Source of the DNA: Octopus vulgaris
Taxonomy: Eukaryota
NCBI GenBank assembly: GCA_951406725.2
Contig: OX597815.1
Span: 6,386,001 to 6,450,000, forward strand
Length of the DNA stretch: 64,000 bases
Reading direction: 5' to 3'
Of the stretch, positions 1 through 10,511 are shown one piece after another. The notes beneath the pieces are model-generated. The model made no database searches. It had not been told where the DNA came from and saw only the letters and a program-made list of their open reading frames with translations. Both the position numbers and the translations under genes were made by a program. Each line of letters begins with the position of its first letter. Within the stretch, counting starts at the first letter, position 1.

Positions 1-3
1 AGG

Positions 4-168
4 GGACATCCATTATGCTAGAAGTAGACCCCCTATGGTCTTACCACTAAGAAAAGATTGTTCTCAAGAAATTTCAGCAAATTCCAGAACATAAGCGAAT
101 TTTCTTGAGAACAATCTTTTCTTAGTGGTAAGACCATAGGGGGTCTACTTCTAGCAGAATGGATGTCC
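4..168. repeat. Near-perfect inverted repeat (68-bp arms, 29-bp spacer); fold-back TE remnant, possibly truncated by window start
   Basis: 4-71 is the reverse complement of 101-168 with one mismatch; followed by CA/TA microsatellite. Confidence 0.85.
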
Positions 169-194
169 ACTTAGTGGTCATCTCTCTTATGTGT

Positions 195-235
<41 letters not shown>

Positions 236-439
236 CATCTTTTATCTTCTATCTTTTACTTGTTTTAGTCATTAGTGTGTGGCCATACAGGGGCACCAGC
301 TTGAAGAATTTTTCGTTGAATGAATTCTAATGGGTTAATCTATACTTCTATTTGCTTAAACAATAATATTATTATTGACTGTAACTTCGAAGTTTTGGCT
401 AGCTAAGGCATCTTCGGACTGCAAATACATGCAGCCCAA

Positions 440-1041
440 TGAATGTTAGAGAGAGAGAGAGAGAGATTATATTCAAACACACGCATATATGTATGTATAT
501 ATGTATATAAATAATACATAAATGCTATATATAATATACATACATACATATATATATATATATATGACATACTACGTTTACAAACATACGACACACAGAC
601 ACACCTTCTCTCTCTCTTTCCACACACACACACACACACACACACATACATATGTGTGTACAATGTGTGCGTGTGTGTGTGTATGCCGTGTACATATGTA
701 CACAGGTAACACATCACGTTTCCTTCCTTGCCCCCCCCCACCCTCACCCAAACCCCCTCTCAACATTCATTCATCCTGTCAACTGTCAATAACACGCACG
801 CACACACACACACTACAATACCAGCAACCTTACACACACAAACACACACGCATTACTACATATACACTAACAAAACAATAATCTACCCTTAATACTTTAA
901 CAATTGTAATAAATGTCATCGCATTTGTATGTCTGTCCGTGCATCTATCCCCTCCTCTTCTCTCATACACACACACACAGATGCGTATAATATATGTGTG
1001 CATATACGTGCATATATATATGTGTATGTGTGTGCATATAC

Positions 1042-1083
<42 letters not shown>

Positions 1084-1470
1084 TCATATATATGTGTGTG
1101 TGTGTGTGTGTGTGCATATATATATAGTGTATGTATATATGTATATTCGTTGGTCTCTTGCCAGGAGCCAACTAGCTACAATTATCAGCTATTTAACGCT
1201 CTCTCTCTCTCTCTCTCTCTTTCAGCTTCTCTCTCTATATATATATCTCTATCTCTATCTCTCTCTCTATCTCTCTCTCTCTATCTATCTATCTCTATCT
1301 CTATCTCCCTCCAGCCGAGCTAAATAAACTCGTGCACACAAAAGCTTTGTGGCTTTGTCGACATGTGTATAAAAGAGAGTCAGAAAGAAAGAGAGGAAAG
1401 TATGAGAGAGAGAGAGACAAAGAGCGAGAGGGGGAGAGAGAGAGCGTGAGAGAGACAGAGAGAGTGGTGG
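440..1470. repeat. Compound microsatellite field (TA, CA, TG, CT, GA, TATC)
   Basis: Dinucleotide and tetranucleotide runs read directly. Confidence 0.95.
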
Positions 1471-2132
1471 TGGTGGGGGGTGAGCATTACGTGATAAAAT
1501 CCCAGAATATTTGCTGAAACGAAATGGTGCCAAGTTAGGAACACAAGAAAATGTAAACATTAACAGCAAATTCATACATGCCCCGACAACAACAACAACA
1601 ACAACCAAAAGTATTAAAAAAAATAAATGAAAAATAAAAAAAGCAAAAATGAATATTCTTTTCCCCTTTTTTTTCCTTCTCTTTCTTTCTTCCTCTAAAA
1701 TAAACGCCATTTCCATTCGAATATCGATCAATAATCGGACTGAAAAAACCGATTTATTGATTGTCTATCGATGCCCGCTGACATATTTCAAAGTAGACCA
1801 GAGGCACATATGCTCAGAGCAGCATTTTAAAGCGAAAAAACGGAGCTGACGATGGCGGGGTGGAAAGGATAGGACCAGGCTAATAAAACCGACGATTCTC
1901 GGCTCTTCATGTCAAATATTCATTGTGTTACAAACAGAACAATTAAATTTAATTATTGGGATGTTTAAGGGCGGCAGCGGCGGGTGGCGGGTGGTGGAGC
2001 TGGGGGTAGAATTGTTAGTATGTCGGACAAGAACGCTTAACAACGATATTTCTCTCAGCTTTATTTGCGTTCGGAGTTCAAATACTGCTGAGGTCGATAT
2101 ATATATATATTTGCCTTTCATCCTTTCTGGGT

Positions 2133-2538
2133 CTCTTTCACTCTTTTACTTGTTTCAGTCATTTGACTGCGGCCATGCTGGAGCACCGCCTTTTAATCGA
2201 GTAACTCGACCCGGGACTTATTCTTTGTAAGCCCAGTACTTATTCTATCGGTCTCTTTTGCCGAACCGCTAAGTAACGGGGACGTAAACACACCAGCATC
2301 GGTTGTCAAGCAATGCTAGGGGGACAAACACAGACACACAAACACACACATACATATATATATATACATATATACAACAGGCTTCTTTCAGTTTCCGTCT
2401 ACCAAATCCATTCACAAGGCTTTGGTCGGCCCGGGGCTATAGCAGAAGACACTTGCCCAAGATGCCATGCAGTGGGACTGAACCCGGAACCATGTGGTTG
2501 GTTAGCAAGCTACTTACCACACAGCCACTCCTGCGCCT
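2133..2538 (-). mobile_element. tRNA-derived SINE family A (CORE-like body, TAAAAGAG-type tail), full length
   Basis: Minus strand: GGCGCAGGAGTGGCTGTGTGGT (A box), GGTTCAGTCCC (B box), TTGGGCAAGTGTC, tail GACTGAAACAAGTAAAAGAG; about 9 copies in window. Confidence 0.9.
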
Positions 2539-2581
2539 ATATATATAATATATTTTTGTCTTTCATCCTTTCTGGGTCTCC

Positions 2582-3075
2582 TTTACTCTTTTACTTGTTT
2601 CGGTCATTTGACTGCGGTCATGCTGGAGCACCGCCATTAGTCGAGCAAATCGACCCCAGGACTTATTCTTTGTAAGCCTAGTACTTATTCTATGGGTCTC
2701 TTTTGCCGAACCGCTAGGTGACGGGAACGTAAACACACCAGCATCGGTTGTCAAGCGATGTGGGGGGGGGGGGGCGCAAACACAGACATACAAGCATATA
2801 CACATATATACGGCGGGCTTCTTTCGGTTTCCGCCTACCAAATCCACTCCCAAGGCTTTGGTCGGCCCGAGGCTATAGTAGAAGACACTTGCCCAAGGTG
2901 CCACACAGTGGGACTGAACCCGATACCATGTGGTTGGTTAGCAAGCTGCTTACCACACAGCCACTCCTGCACCTATAGTAGAAGATACGTGTCCAAGGTG
3001 CCACACAGTGGGACTGAACCCGATACCATGTGGTTGGTAAACAAGCTACTTTACCACACAGCCACGCCTGCGCCT
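2582..3075 (-). mobile_element. SINE family A with tandemly duplicated head
   Basis: Full copy 2582-2974, then a repeat of the ~100-bp head at 2975-3075. Confidence 0.85.
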
Positions 3076-3095
3076 ATAGTAGAAAGAATTATTAA

Positions 3096-3272
3096 AGCGG
3101 CGAACTGGTTGAATCGTTGGCGTGTCGGATTAAATGCTCAGCGACATTTCTTCCGGCTCATAACATTTAAATGCTCTCGAGGTCGACTTTGCCTGTCATC
3201 CTTTCAGGATCGATGTAATCGATTTTTCCACTTCCCTAAAATTGCAGGCCTTGTGCCAAAATTTGAAACAAT
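3096..3272 (+). mobile_element. Old SINE family B copy with alternative tail (GGCCTTGTGCCAAAATTTGAAAC)
   Basis: Diverged head plus GAGGTCGACTTTGCCTGTCATCCTTTC. Confidence 0.7.
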
Positions 3273-3400
3273 TATTTACATTGTTATTGTATTTCTAATG
3301 ATTTCGGGTAATTTTAACACCATTTAATTATTATTTTATTCTATTTTATTTTATTTAAATAAAATCTGAAAATATAAACACAAACAATATAAACATTTAT

Positions 3401-3805
3401 AGACGCAGGAGTGGCTGTGTGGCAAGTAGCTTGCTAACAAACCACATGGTTCCAGGTTCAGTCCCACTGTGTGGCATCTTGGGCAAGTGTCTTCTGCTAT
3501 AGCCCCGGGCCGACCAATGCCTTGTGAGTGGATTTGGTAGACGGAAACTGAAAGAAGCCTGTCGTGTATATGTATATATATATATGCGTGTGTGTGTATG
3601 TCTGTGTTTGTCCCCCTAGCATTGCTTGACAACCGATGCTGGTGCGTTTATGTCCCCGTTACTTAGCGGTTCGGCAAAAGTGACCGATGAACAAGTACTG
3701 GGCTTACAAAGAATAAGTCCCGGGGTCGATTTGCTCGATTAAAGGCGGTGTTCCAGCATGGCCGCAGTCAAATGACTGAAACAAGTAAAAGTGTAAAAGA
3801 GTAAA
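3401..3805 (+). mobile_element. SINE family A, full length
   Basis: Same A/B boxes, body and tail as 2133-2538, opposite strand. Confidence 0.9.
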
Positions 3806-3977
3806 CAACATGGCCGAACGTTAATTTATAGAAATTATTTTTAATGAGAGAGAGGGAGAGAGAAAGAAGGAGACAGGAAGATAGACAGAGAGAGTGAGAG
3901 AGAGAGAGAGACAAAGACGGAGCAAGTGAACGAGACAAAGAGAGAGTGAGCAAGACGGAGAGAGAGAGAAAAAGAAC

Positions 3978-4026
<49 letters not shown>

Positions 4027-4528
4027 GCAGGCTGACAGGCAGTCAGAAAGAGTGAAGCAGAGAGAGAGGGGGAGTCGGACTTGATTTATTCTCTCTTGAG
4101 ACAGTTTCCCAAAGGAACTCTGAAATAATTAAAGAAAATTTCAAGACATCGTTTCGTTAATTCTTTCTTATTTCCTCGTTTTCCATTTGGAGGAGGAAAT
4201 CTTTGTCACGTGATTAGTGTGACCTTTGGGAAAGAGAGAGAGGCACGGAAGGATTTCTAGATCTTAGACTTACGACGGGGGAATAGACGGTGGTGGCGGT
4301 GATGATTGATGTTGACGTGGTGACGAGATGGTAGTGGTGGTTGTGATGGTGGTAGTGTAGTGGTTGCGGTGGTAGACGGGTGGTATTAGAAATGCTATCG
4401 ACAGTTTGTGATAGAGTTTCATTGGTTCAGTTTTATCAAAGAGTCTTCGAGATGTCGTCAAATTATTTCATGAATTCTGAAAACAGGAAGACAATTATTG
4501 GACCATTTCCTTCTCTTGCACTCCCTCA

Positions 4529-4954
4529 CAGGGGCCGAATTAAGACTCATAGCGGCCCTAAGCACTTAAAAGACTTTTGGTGCCCCACATATTAATGTAA
4601 TTCAAAAATGTAAACAATAATAAACCATAAAATAAATTTTATTTTTCAAAATGAAACAACACTAATAATGAGATGGAAAATAACGTTTATTTTTCCTTAC
4701 TTTCACGTTATTTATATTTGAAAAATTTGCTCCTACATTTTTTTTAATTGCAAAGTCTTTGATCAGATTCCTCACTATGCCACCATTAATTCTACAAAAT
4801 TAGATTTCCGACCATACAAGCCACTACGAATATTATTTTTATAAGTTTAAAGTGATTTCTTTTGTGCCGTTAACCATTTCCCATTTCTGTGGTGCCCTCC
4901 TTCCCTTGATGTCATAAGCACGAGTTTATTTTGTTCAATGGTTAATCCAGCGTT
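4529..4954. mobile_element. Degenerate hAT-like MITE
   Basis: Ends CAGGGGCCGAATTAA and TTAATCCAGCGTTG form imperfect TIRs of the CAGGGCCGGATTAA type. Confidence 0.55.
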
Positions 4955-5054
4955 GTTCGCTCGCATGCCATAAAAAAATGGCTACTGTTGGAATTCTGGC
5001 AAAATTAACCACAGAATTACTGTCTTCACAATTACTAATAAGGATTTCTAATTC

Positions 5055-5440
5055 CATCCATCCATCTTCTTCTCCATCCATGGGAGGGTCGTGGAGTTAG
5101 AGTCCTCAGGCACTTCCTGCATAGGTTCCTATCAAAAGCAACCGTCATTACACTTTACGGATGGATTCCCATGCGTGACCAACCGTGACCATGGGTATTA
5201 TCTAATCATCTCGGTCTTGGACAACCTCTAGGTCTGGCTCGATTTGAAGAATTCGTCTTTTGATTCTTTCCTAAGACATTCTAATCACATGTCCATGGTA
5301 CTGGCGTTGTGACGCCCAGATGCAGAGAAATGGCGGTTCGACCCGAAGAGACTCCCTGATCTCTGAGTTACGTAACATATCGAGTAACACTATTCCAGAG
5401 ACCCTTAGAAGGAACCCCCATTTTGTTGCATGTATTAGTG
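5055..5440 (-). mobile_element. RTE-clade LINE 3' fragment
   Basis: Minus-strand translation includes LRNSEIRESLRVEP...QRQYHGHVIRMS, resembling the RTE C-terminus (RWxGHxxRM); ends in a (GGAT)n tail. Confidence 0.7.
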
Positions 5441-5705
5441 GTGGGGATTGGGAACTGGAATATCTATAATCTTACTATAAAAATATTAAAATTTCTAAGT
5501 CTCTCTAAAGGAGACTACGGCAGCGGTACTGGAAATTAATAGTTATCGCCAAGCTAATATGGCAGTCCATAAATATACGACTAAAGCTGCCGTTGATTAA
5601 CACCAAGAGGCCATCGCCTCTAGCTAGCTATATGACACACGAACCTGTGCCCATTATAACCTTCGAACAGGGGAGGTCAGCCGCTTCCCCTTTGCTGGTC
5701 AGGCA

Positions 5706-5748
5706 TCTGCAGACATGTTTCAGGGTATTTGCCCTTTATCAATGCAGA
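5706..5748 (-). ncRNA. Minimal type-I hammerhead ribozyme motif, U3-A8 core variant
   Basis: Minus strand UCUGCA-UUGAUAA-AGGG CAAAUA CCCU-GAAA-CAUG-UC-UGCAGA: 6-bp stem I, 4-bp stem II, palindromic stem III, GUC triplet. Confidence 0.7.
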
Positions 5749-5918
5749 GTATTTTATTTTATCGAACTGACGAAAAAGCTTCTTGCAAAATCTATTTGAA
5801 GTAGTAGCAGCCAGTTCGATTAATTGTTGATTCGAGTAGCTGTTATTTCGATCAATTGTTTCTATTTTCGTTTTGCTGTGTTTGATACATTGGCGCCCAA
5901 TGTACGGCAAGTTGAAGG

Positions 5919-6023
5919 GGACGGAGTGGCCAAGGCGGTAGAGTGCCGGACTCAAATGTATTTGTGTAGTTCACAGCTGACGTATATTCTGACGTCATAT
6001 TGTACCGTAGTTGATCTTTTTTT
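5919..6023 (+). pseudogene. Degenerate tRNA-like sequence (5' half resembles tRNA-Leu-CAA) ending in oligo-T
   Basis: GACGGAGTGGCCAAGGCGGTAGAGTGCCGGACTCAAA has an A box and anticodon-arm-like segment; no proper T arm; T run at 6017-6023. Confidence 0.3.
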
Positions 6024-6442
6024 ATCCTCTTGAGGATAAAATTATATACTGGGATGATTCAGTCGTCACAATACCTTTACCCGTTTTTATATCTGTGGCC
6101 TTGTTCCGGCGTGAGAAACTTCTATAAATAAATTACACTTTAATAGAAGTTGGTTAGTGTTTGGAGTGAGGGTAACATGTTTTTATAGATCAGCATGAAA
6201 GGAATGTGTGTGGACGGGGAAGGTTGGTGAAATTGTACAAACGGAACGAGGGAAACGAGAGACGGACAATTGAACAAACGTGAGAGGTTCATTACATCGA
6301 GTGGACGAGAATTGAAAAGGCGGTGGACGAAATGTAAAAACAGTTTTGTACAATGAAATTGTACGTTGAAGAACGGAAAGACACAGACTGATGTTTAGGG
6401 TGAATCCTTTATCTAAATAGAATAAGCCAGAAACGAGCAGAG

Positions 6443-6506
<64 letters not shown>

Positions 6507-6571
6507 GGAGTAAACACATAAATGTGAAACAAGGTGGAAAAAAGAGTACTCAAATACCAGTGGTAGAGTAA

Positions 6572-6710
6572 TATACTTTATTTAAAGCAGCAGAAAATTC
6601 AACAAAACCTGTTACTCTGAGTTTCTCGTTGCCGCAAAAACTGTCCGATGAACGGCAACGGGAAACTCAGAGTAACAGGTTTTGTTGAATCCTCTGCTGC
6701 TTTAAATAAA

Positions 6711-6715
<5 letters not shown>
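6572..6715. repeat. Inverted repeat (~63-bp arms) of a hammerhead-bearing Penelope-like terminal repeat inside (TA)n
   Basis: 6572-6634 pairs with 6653-6715; related copy at 8030-8090. Confidence 0.8.
6641..6678 (+). ncRNA. Minimal hammerhead-like motif with CCGAUGA core
   Basis: CUGU-CCGAUGA-ACG GCAA CGG-GAAA-CUC A GAG-UA-ACAG; copy at 8057-8090(-) has fully paired stem II ACG-GGAA-CGU. Confidence 0.55.
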
Positions 6716-6761
<46 letters not shown>

Positions 6762-6764
6762 CAC

Positions 6765-6978
6765 ACAGATATTTATTTGTATATTACGTGTTTTTATACA
6801 TCATATAACTTATATCATATGTCATATATTGGCGCTTTCGTCCATTCTGGTGGATTTTTCAAATGGACCTTAGTTCCATTTGAAAAATCCACCAGAATGG
6901 ACGAAAGCATATTATATATGATATATGATATAAGTTATATGATGTATAAAAACATGTAATATACAAATAAATATCTGT
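6765..6978. repeat. Long near-perfect palindrome (~100-bp arms, loop of a few nt)
   Basis: ACAGATATTTATTTGTATATTAC...CAAATGGA pairs with TCCATTTG...GTAATATACAAATAAATATCTGT. Confidence 0.85.
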
Positions 6979-7062
6979 AAATATAAAATCATCCGAATTT
7001 CTGAGTACCTCATTTCTTCTAATATAAAATACCTGTACATCATCTCCCAACTTTCTAATATA

Positions 7063-7459
7063 TCTATTATATATAAAAGTGAGGTTGTGTGAACAGGTCT
7101 GTCTCCTACAATTTAGATTCCTAACTCCTCCCACATTTTGCGGTGCAGTTTAACCAAAAGCGGGTATCTTATAGTCGTTATTCATATCGAGCCCTTCTGG
7201 GTATTAGCGCGCGTCTACGATGAGTCTACGATTTAAAAAAAAATTTACCATCAATTTTTCCCATTTTTAATGCATTTTTGGCATATATAAGGGAAGTAAC
7301 TCTGTAAAAATTTATTAAATCTCATAACGTAAAAAGCTACAGTAACACCCCCTCTTTGTGGTTAGCCATATTGAGATGGCTATTATACTTTACATCTCTA
7401 AAAATGCTTATATAGTTATTTCCCTTACAAACCCGAGCAACGCCGGGCGATACTGCTAG
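7063..7459 (+). mobile_element. Non-autonomous Helitron
   Basis: A|TC start, 3' hairpin CCCGAGCAACGCCGGG, CTAG|T end, no TSD. Confidence 0.85.
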
Positions 7460-7676
7460 TATATATATAAAACACGAAATTTTGTCAGTGAACAGGTCGC
7501 GATTTCAAAGCGACGAAAATATTTTTGGCAAATTAAATTTAATTGTTGAAGTGAATCTAACGGGGTTTTTTTGTGTGTTTTTAAATGGCTTATAAACGTC
7601 TTCCACGCTGCAATTGTTTTTGTTTAGGCACACAATCTCAGATCAAGTCATTTACTATTCAAATACATCTCCGTAA

Positions 7677-7709
<33 letters not shown>

Positions 7710-7712
<3 letters not shown>

Positions 7713-8009
7713 TTATATATAAAAGTGAAGTTGTGTGAGTGTCTGTCTCCTACGATTTAGATTCCTAACTCCTCCCACATTTTGCGGTGCAGTTTAACCA
7801 AAAGCGGGTATCTTATAGTCGTTATTCATATCAAACCCTTCTGGGTATTAGCGCGCGTCTACGATGAGTCTATTATTTTAAAAAAATTTACCATCATTTT
7901 TTCCCATTTTTAATGCATTTTTGCTGTTACATAAGGGAAGTAACTCTCTAAAAATGCTTATATAGTTATTTCCCTTACAAACCCGAGCAACGCCGGGCGA
8001 TACTGCTAG
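7710..8009 (+). mobile_element. Non-autonomous Helitron (shorter copy)
   Basis: A|TC ... hairpin ... CTAG|T; homologous to 7063-7459. Confidence 0.85.
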
Positions 8010-8029
8010 TATATATATATATACTTTAT

Positions 8030-8090
8030 TTAAAAGCAGCAGAAATATAACAAAAGCTGTTACTCGGAGTTTCACGTTCCCGTTCGTCGG
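8030..8090 (-). mobile_element. Truncated copy of the 6572-6715 hammerhead-bearing repeat
   Basis: Minus strand CCGACGA-ACGGGAACGT-GAAA-CTCCGAG-TA-ACAG; 5' strand of stem I missing. Confidence 0.6.
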
Positions 8091-8139
8091 GGTGCGTGCG
8101 TGTGTGTGTGTGTACGTATATATGTGTGACACACACACA

Positions 8140-8170
<31 letters not shown>

Positions 8171-8619
8171 GGATATCAGACAAACTTGGGAAAAGACTTT
8201 TGAAGTCACAGCTTCAATCAGTGACTGTCCTTTCTGGAGAAACCAACCCGAAAAGTAAGACAGAAGATGAAACCCCCCCACAGCAATGTCTGTGAGTCTG
8301 CGAGACAACCTCAGCTCTTCTTATATTTTAATTTCTTTCGCCGAAGAAAACAAACAAAGCAACTCAATATTTCTTTTTTCCTCTTCATCTTTTTTTTCTT
8401 TTAAACGAAATGTATTGTCTTTCACACAACATGAATATTTATAGCGTATTTAACCTATATCTCCATATCTCTTGTCAAGAGATACGAATGAAAGAGAGCG
8501 GTAACATTTCAAAATAGACGCACATATTTTATCTGCACTGTCAACTTAAAACCAGATATATATATAATCTCGTGAGGTGTGCCTGAGAAAATTACTCAAA
8601 AACATAATCATGATTATAG

Positions 8620-9240
8620 TTTCATTATTTACAACTGACGGATATTTGTCCTCATCTTGTTTGTTGTTAACACAATGTTTTGGCTGATATACCCTCCAGC
8701 CTTCATCAAGTGTCTTGGGTAAATTTCGAACCTGGGTTTTCATTCCTAAGGCATCAACTTTTTCAAGTTTCACTTGAAAAGGAAGATGAGGTTAGAGAGG
8801 AGAGTGCTGTCCGATAGCAAGTTTTCTGAAAGGTGGGTGAATTGTGCGAGAATGGCCAGTGTAAATGGCCATGTGATTGAAAAAGGTTTTATAAAAGGAG
8901 AAAGGAGCTCTCTACCCCCCTTTTGACCAGGCTCCCGTTGGCTTTTATGGGGTCTATTCCACCAGGAACCTTTCGAAGCGCCTCCCCCTATTGGGAGTTT
9001 TTCATTGTTATAATCTTTCGTTGTTAAACAGTTTTTACTCGGATTTTTTCAAAAACGGACAAAACCCTTTGTAACCTTTCGTCCTGTTTTGTCCTTTTAT
9101 GTTTCCTAATCATGTGTGTCAGCCCTTGTGGCCAATAAAAATAATTGATTATTATTATTATTATTCAGGTCACTGCCTGGAATCGAACTCGGAATCTTGG
9201 GGTTAGTAGCCCTCGCTCGTAACCACTATGCCATATGCCT
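8620..9240 (-). mobile_element. tRNA-headed, hammerhead-tailed element, copy 2, split by a LINE insertion
   Basis: Head 9165-9235 (A box TGGCATAGTGG, B box AGTTCGATTCC); body 8620-8755 with decayed hammerhead GACAC-TTGATGA-A-GGCTG..CAGCC-AAAA-CA-TT-GTGTT; homologous to 48776-49064. Confidence 0.7.
8761..9150 (+). mobile_element. Tx1/L1-like LINE 3' fragment
   Basis: Homologous to 9881-10250; ends AGCCCTTGTGGCCAATAAAA then (ATT)n. Confidence 0.75.
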
Positions 9241-9411
9241 GTGGGCAATTATGGAGTGAATATTTTTTTAGGGCTTCTAAACCTAATATTTTCCTATCCT
9301 TCCTTAGTATGCTATTCATATCTGCATTCCGTCTGCTTAGGAGGTTGTTATATCCATCAAATGTATATAATGTACATAATTCCTTATCTCTTAAATATAG
9401 AATTGTATTAT

Positions 9412-10262
9412 AGCTCCACTCTAGCGTTCTGTAGAGGGCTTGTGGGAGGAAAATGCGATGACATCCTCCGGGAAACCCAGGGCGTCGATGAGGATCGACT
9501 AACCGGTCTGATTCGGAGAACTTCCAGAAATCCCTTACTTCGCAGTGCTACCGAGGGGCGCTACCTGTTCGGGTTAAACTTTACAAGCGCGGAGGTGCCG
9601 TCAGCCGGGCCTGCCCGAGGTGCACCCAGAACGATGAAACCGTTTTGCACGCCCTAGTCCAGTGCCCGAGTATTGCTGAGCTGTGGGTTTATGTCGAACA
9701 CCTGCTGTCGCGTGCAAGGACGGATCCGGATATCAGCTGAATCCATTGAGAAGATTGCCCCGCCGCCCTCTTTTGGCCGGGAGGGACAGGCAATTTTTTT
9801 ATTTGTCTAGTGGCTGTAGCGAAAGAGGTCGTATGGTGGACCCGTTTGAAAGGGCTAAAGACAGACAGTTTCCTCTTTGGCCAAGTTTCACTTGAAAGGA
9901 AGTTGAGGGTGAAGAGGGAAGTGTTGCCTTGTGGCAAGTTTGTTGAAAGGTGGGGAAATGTCGGAAGAATGGCCAGTGCGAAAGGACCAATTTTGAGCGT
10001 GCACCTGTAAAAAGGGAATCAAAGGAGAAGGTCTATTACCCTGTTGTTCAGGCACCCGTAGCTTTTGTGGGTTTTCCACGAGGACCTTAAAGCACCTCCC
10101 CTATTGGGAGTTTTACTTTGTTCAATTTTTATTGTTATTACATTGTGTACACGCGGAAAACCCATTGTATCGTCCTGTTTTTTTTTACTTTTATGTTGTA
10201 TATATCATTTCATGTTTTTGCATGTGAGCCCTTGTGGCTAATAAAACATTATTATTATTATT
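9412..10262 (+). mobile_element. Tx1/L1-like LINE, 5'-truncated (ORF2 C-terminus plus 3' UTR)
   Basis: Manual translation CYRGALPVRVKL...CPRCTQNDETVLHALVQCPSIAELW is a CCHC zinc knuckle (zf-RVT type); ends AGCCCTTGTGGCTAATAAAA then (ATT)n. Confidence 0.8.
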
Positions 10263-10277
10263 ATGGTGATGATGATG

Positions 10278-10511
10278 GCGGCGACGGCCTAGCAGAATTG
10301 TTAGCGCGCTGGACAAAATGCTTAGCTGTGTTTCGTCTGCCGCTACGCTTTGAGTTCAAATTCCGCCGAGGTCGACTTTGCCTTTCATCCTTTCGGGGTC
10401 GATAAATTAAGTACCAGTTACGCACTGGGGTCGATGTAATCGACTTAATCCGTTTGTCTATCCTTGTTTGTCCCCTCTGTGTTTAGCCCCTTGTGGGTAG
10501 TAAAGAAATAG
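10278..10511 (+). mobile_element. tRNA-derived SINE family B (Nin/Deu-like central domain)
   Basis: B box GAGTTCAAATTCC, GCCTTTCATCCTTTCGGGGTCGATAAATTAAGTACC core, tail AGCCCCTTGTGGGTAGTAAAGAAATA. Confidence 0.85.

Larger units (their letters stand above)
5515..6448 (-). mobile_element. Probable Penelope-like or retrozyme-type non-coding element carrying a hammerhead motif
   Basis: Complex non-coding block ending at a (TA)n run; contains hammerhead 5706-5748 and tRNA-like 5919-6023; boundaries approximate. Confidence 0.45.

Noticed and set aside
403-1731. Many 60-150 aa ORFs rich in YI, HT, CV or LS
   Set aside because: Translations of dinucleotide microsatellites; the same applies to 11523-12107, 43758-44193, 53076-53683 and 54341-54609
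2303-3632. Recurrent ORFs such as MSSNARGTNTDTQ and GRPGAIAEDTCPRCH (also at 38736, 42554, 63333)
   Set aside because: Antisense translations of SINE family A, not a gene family
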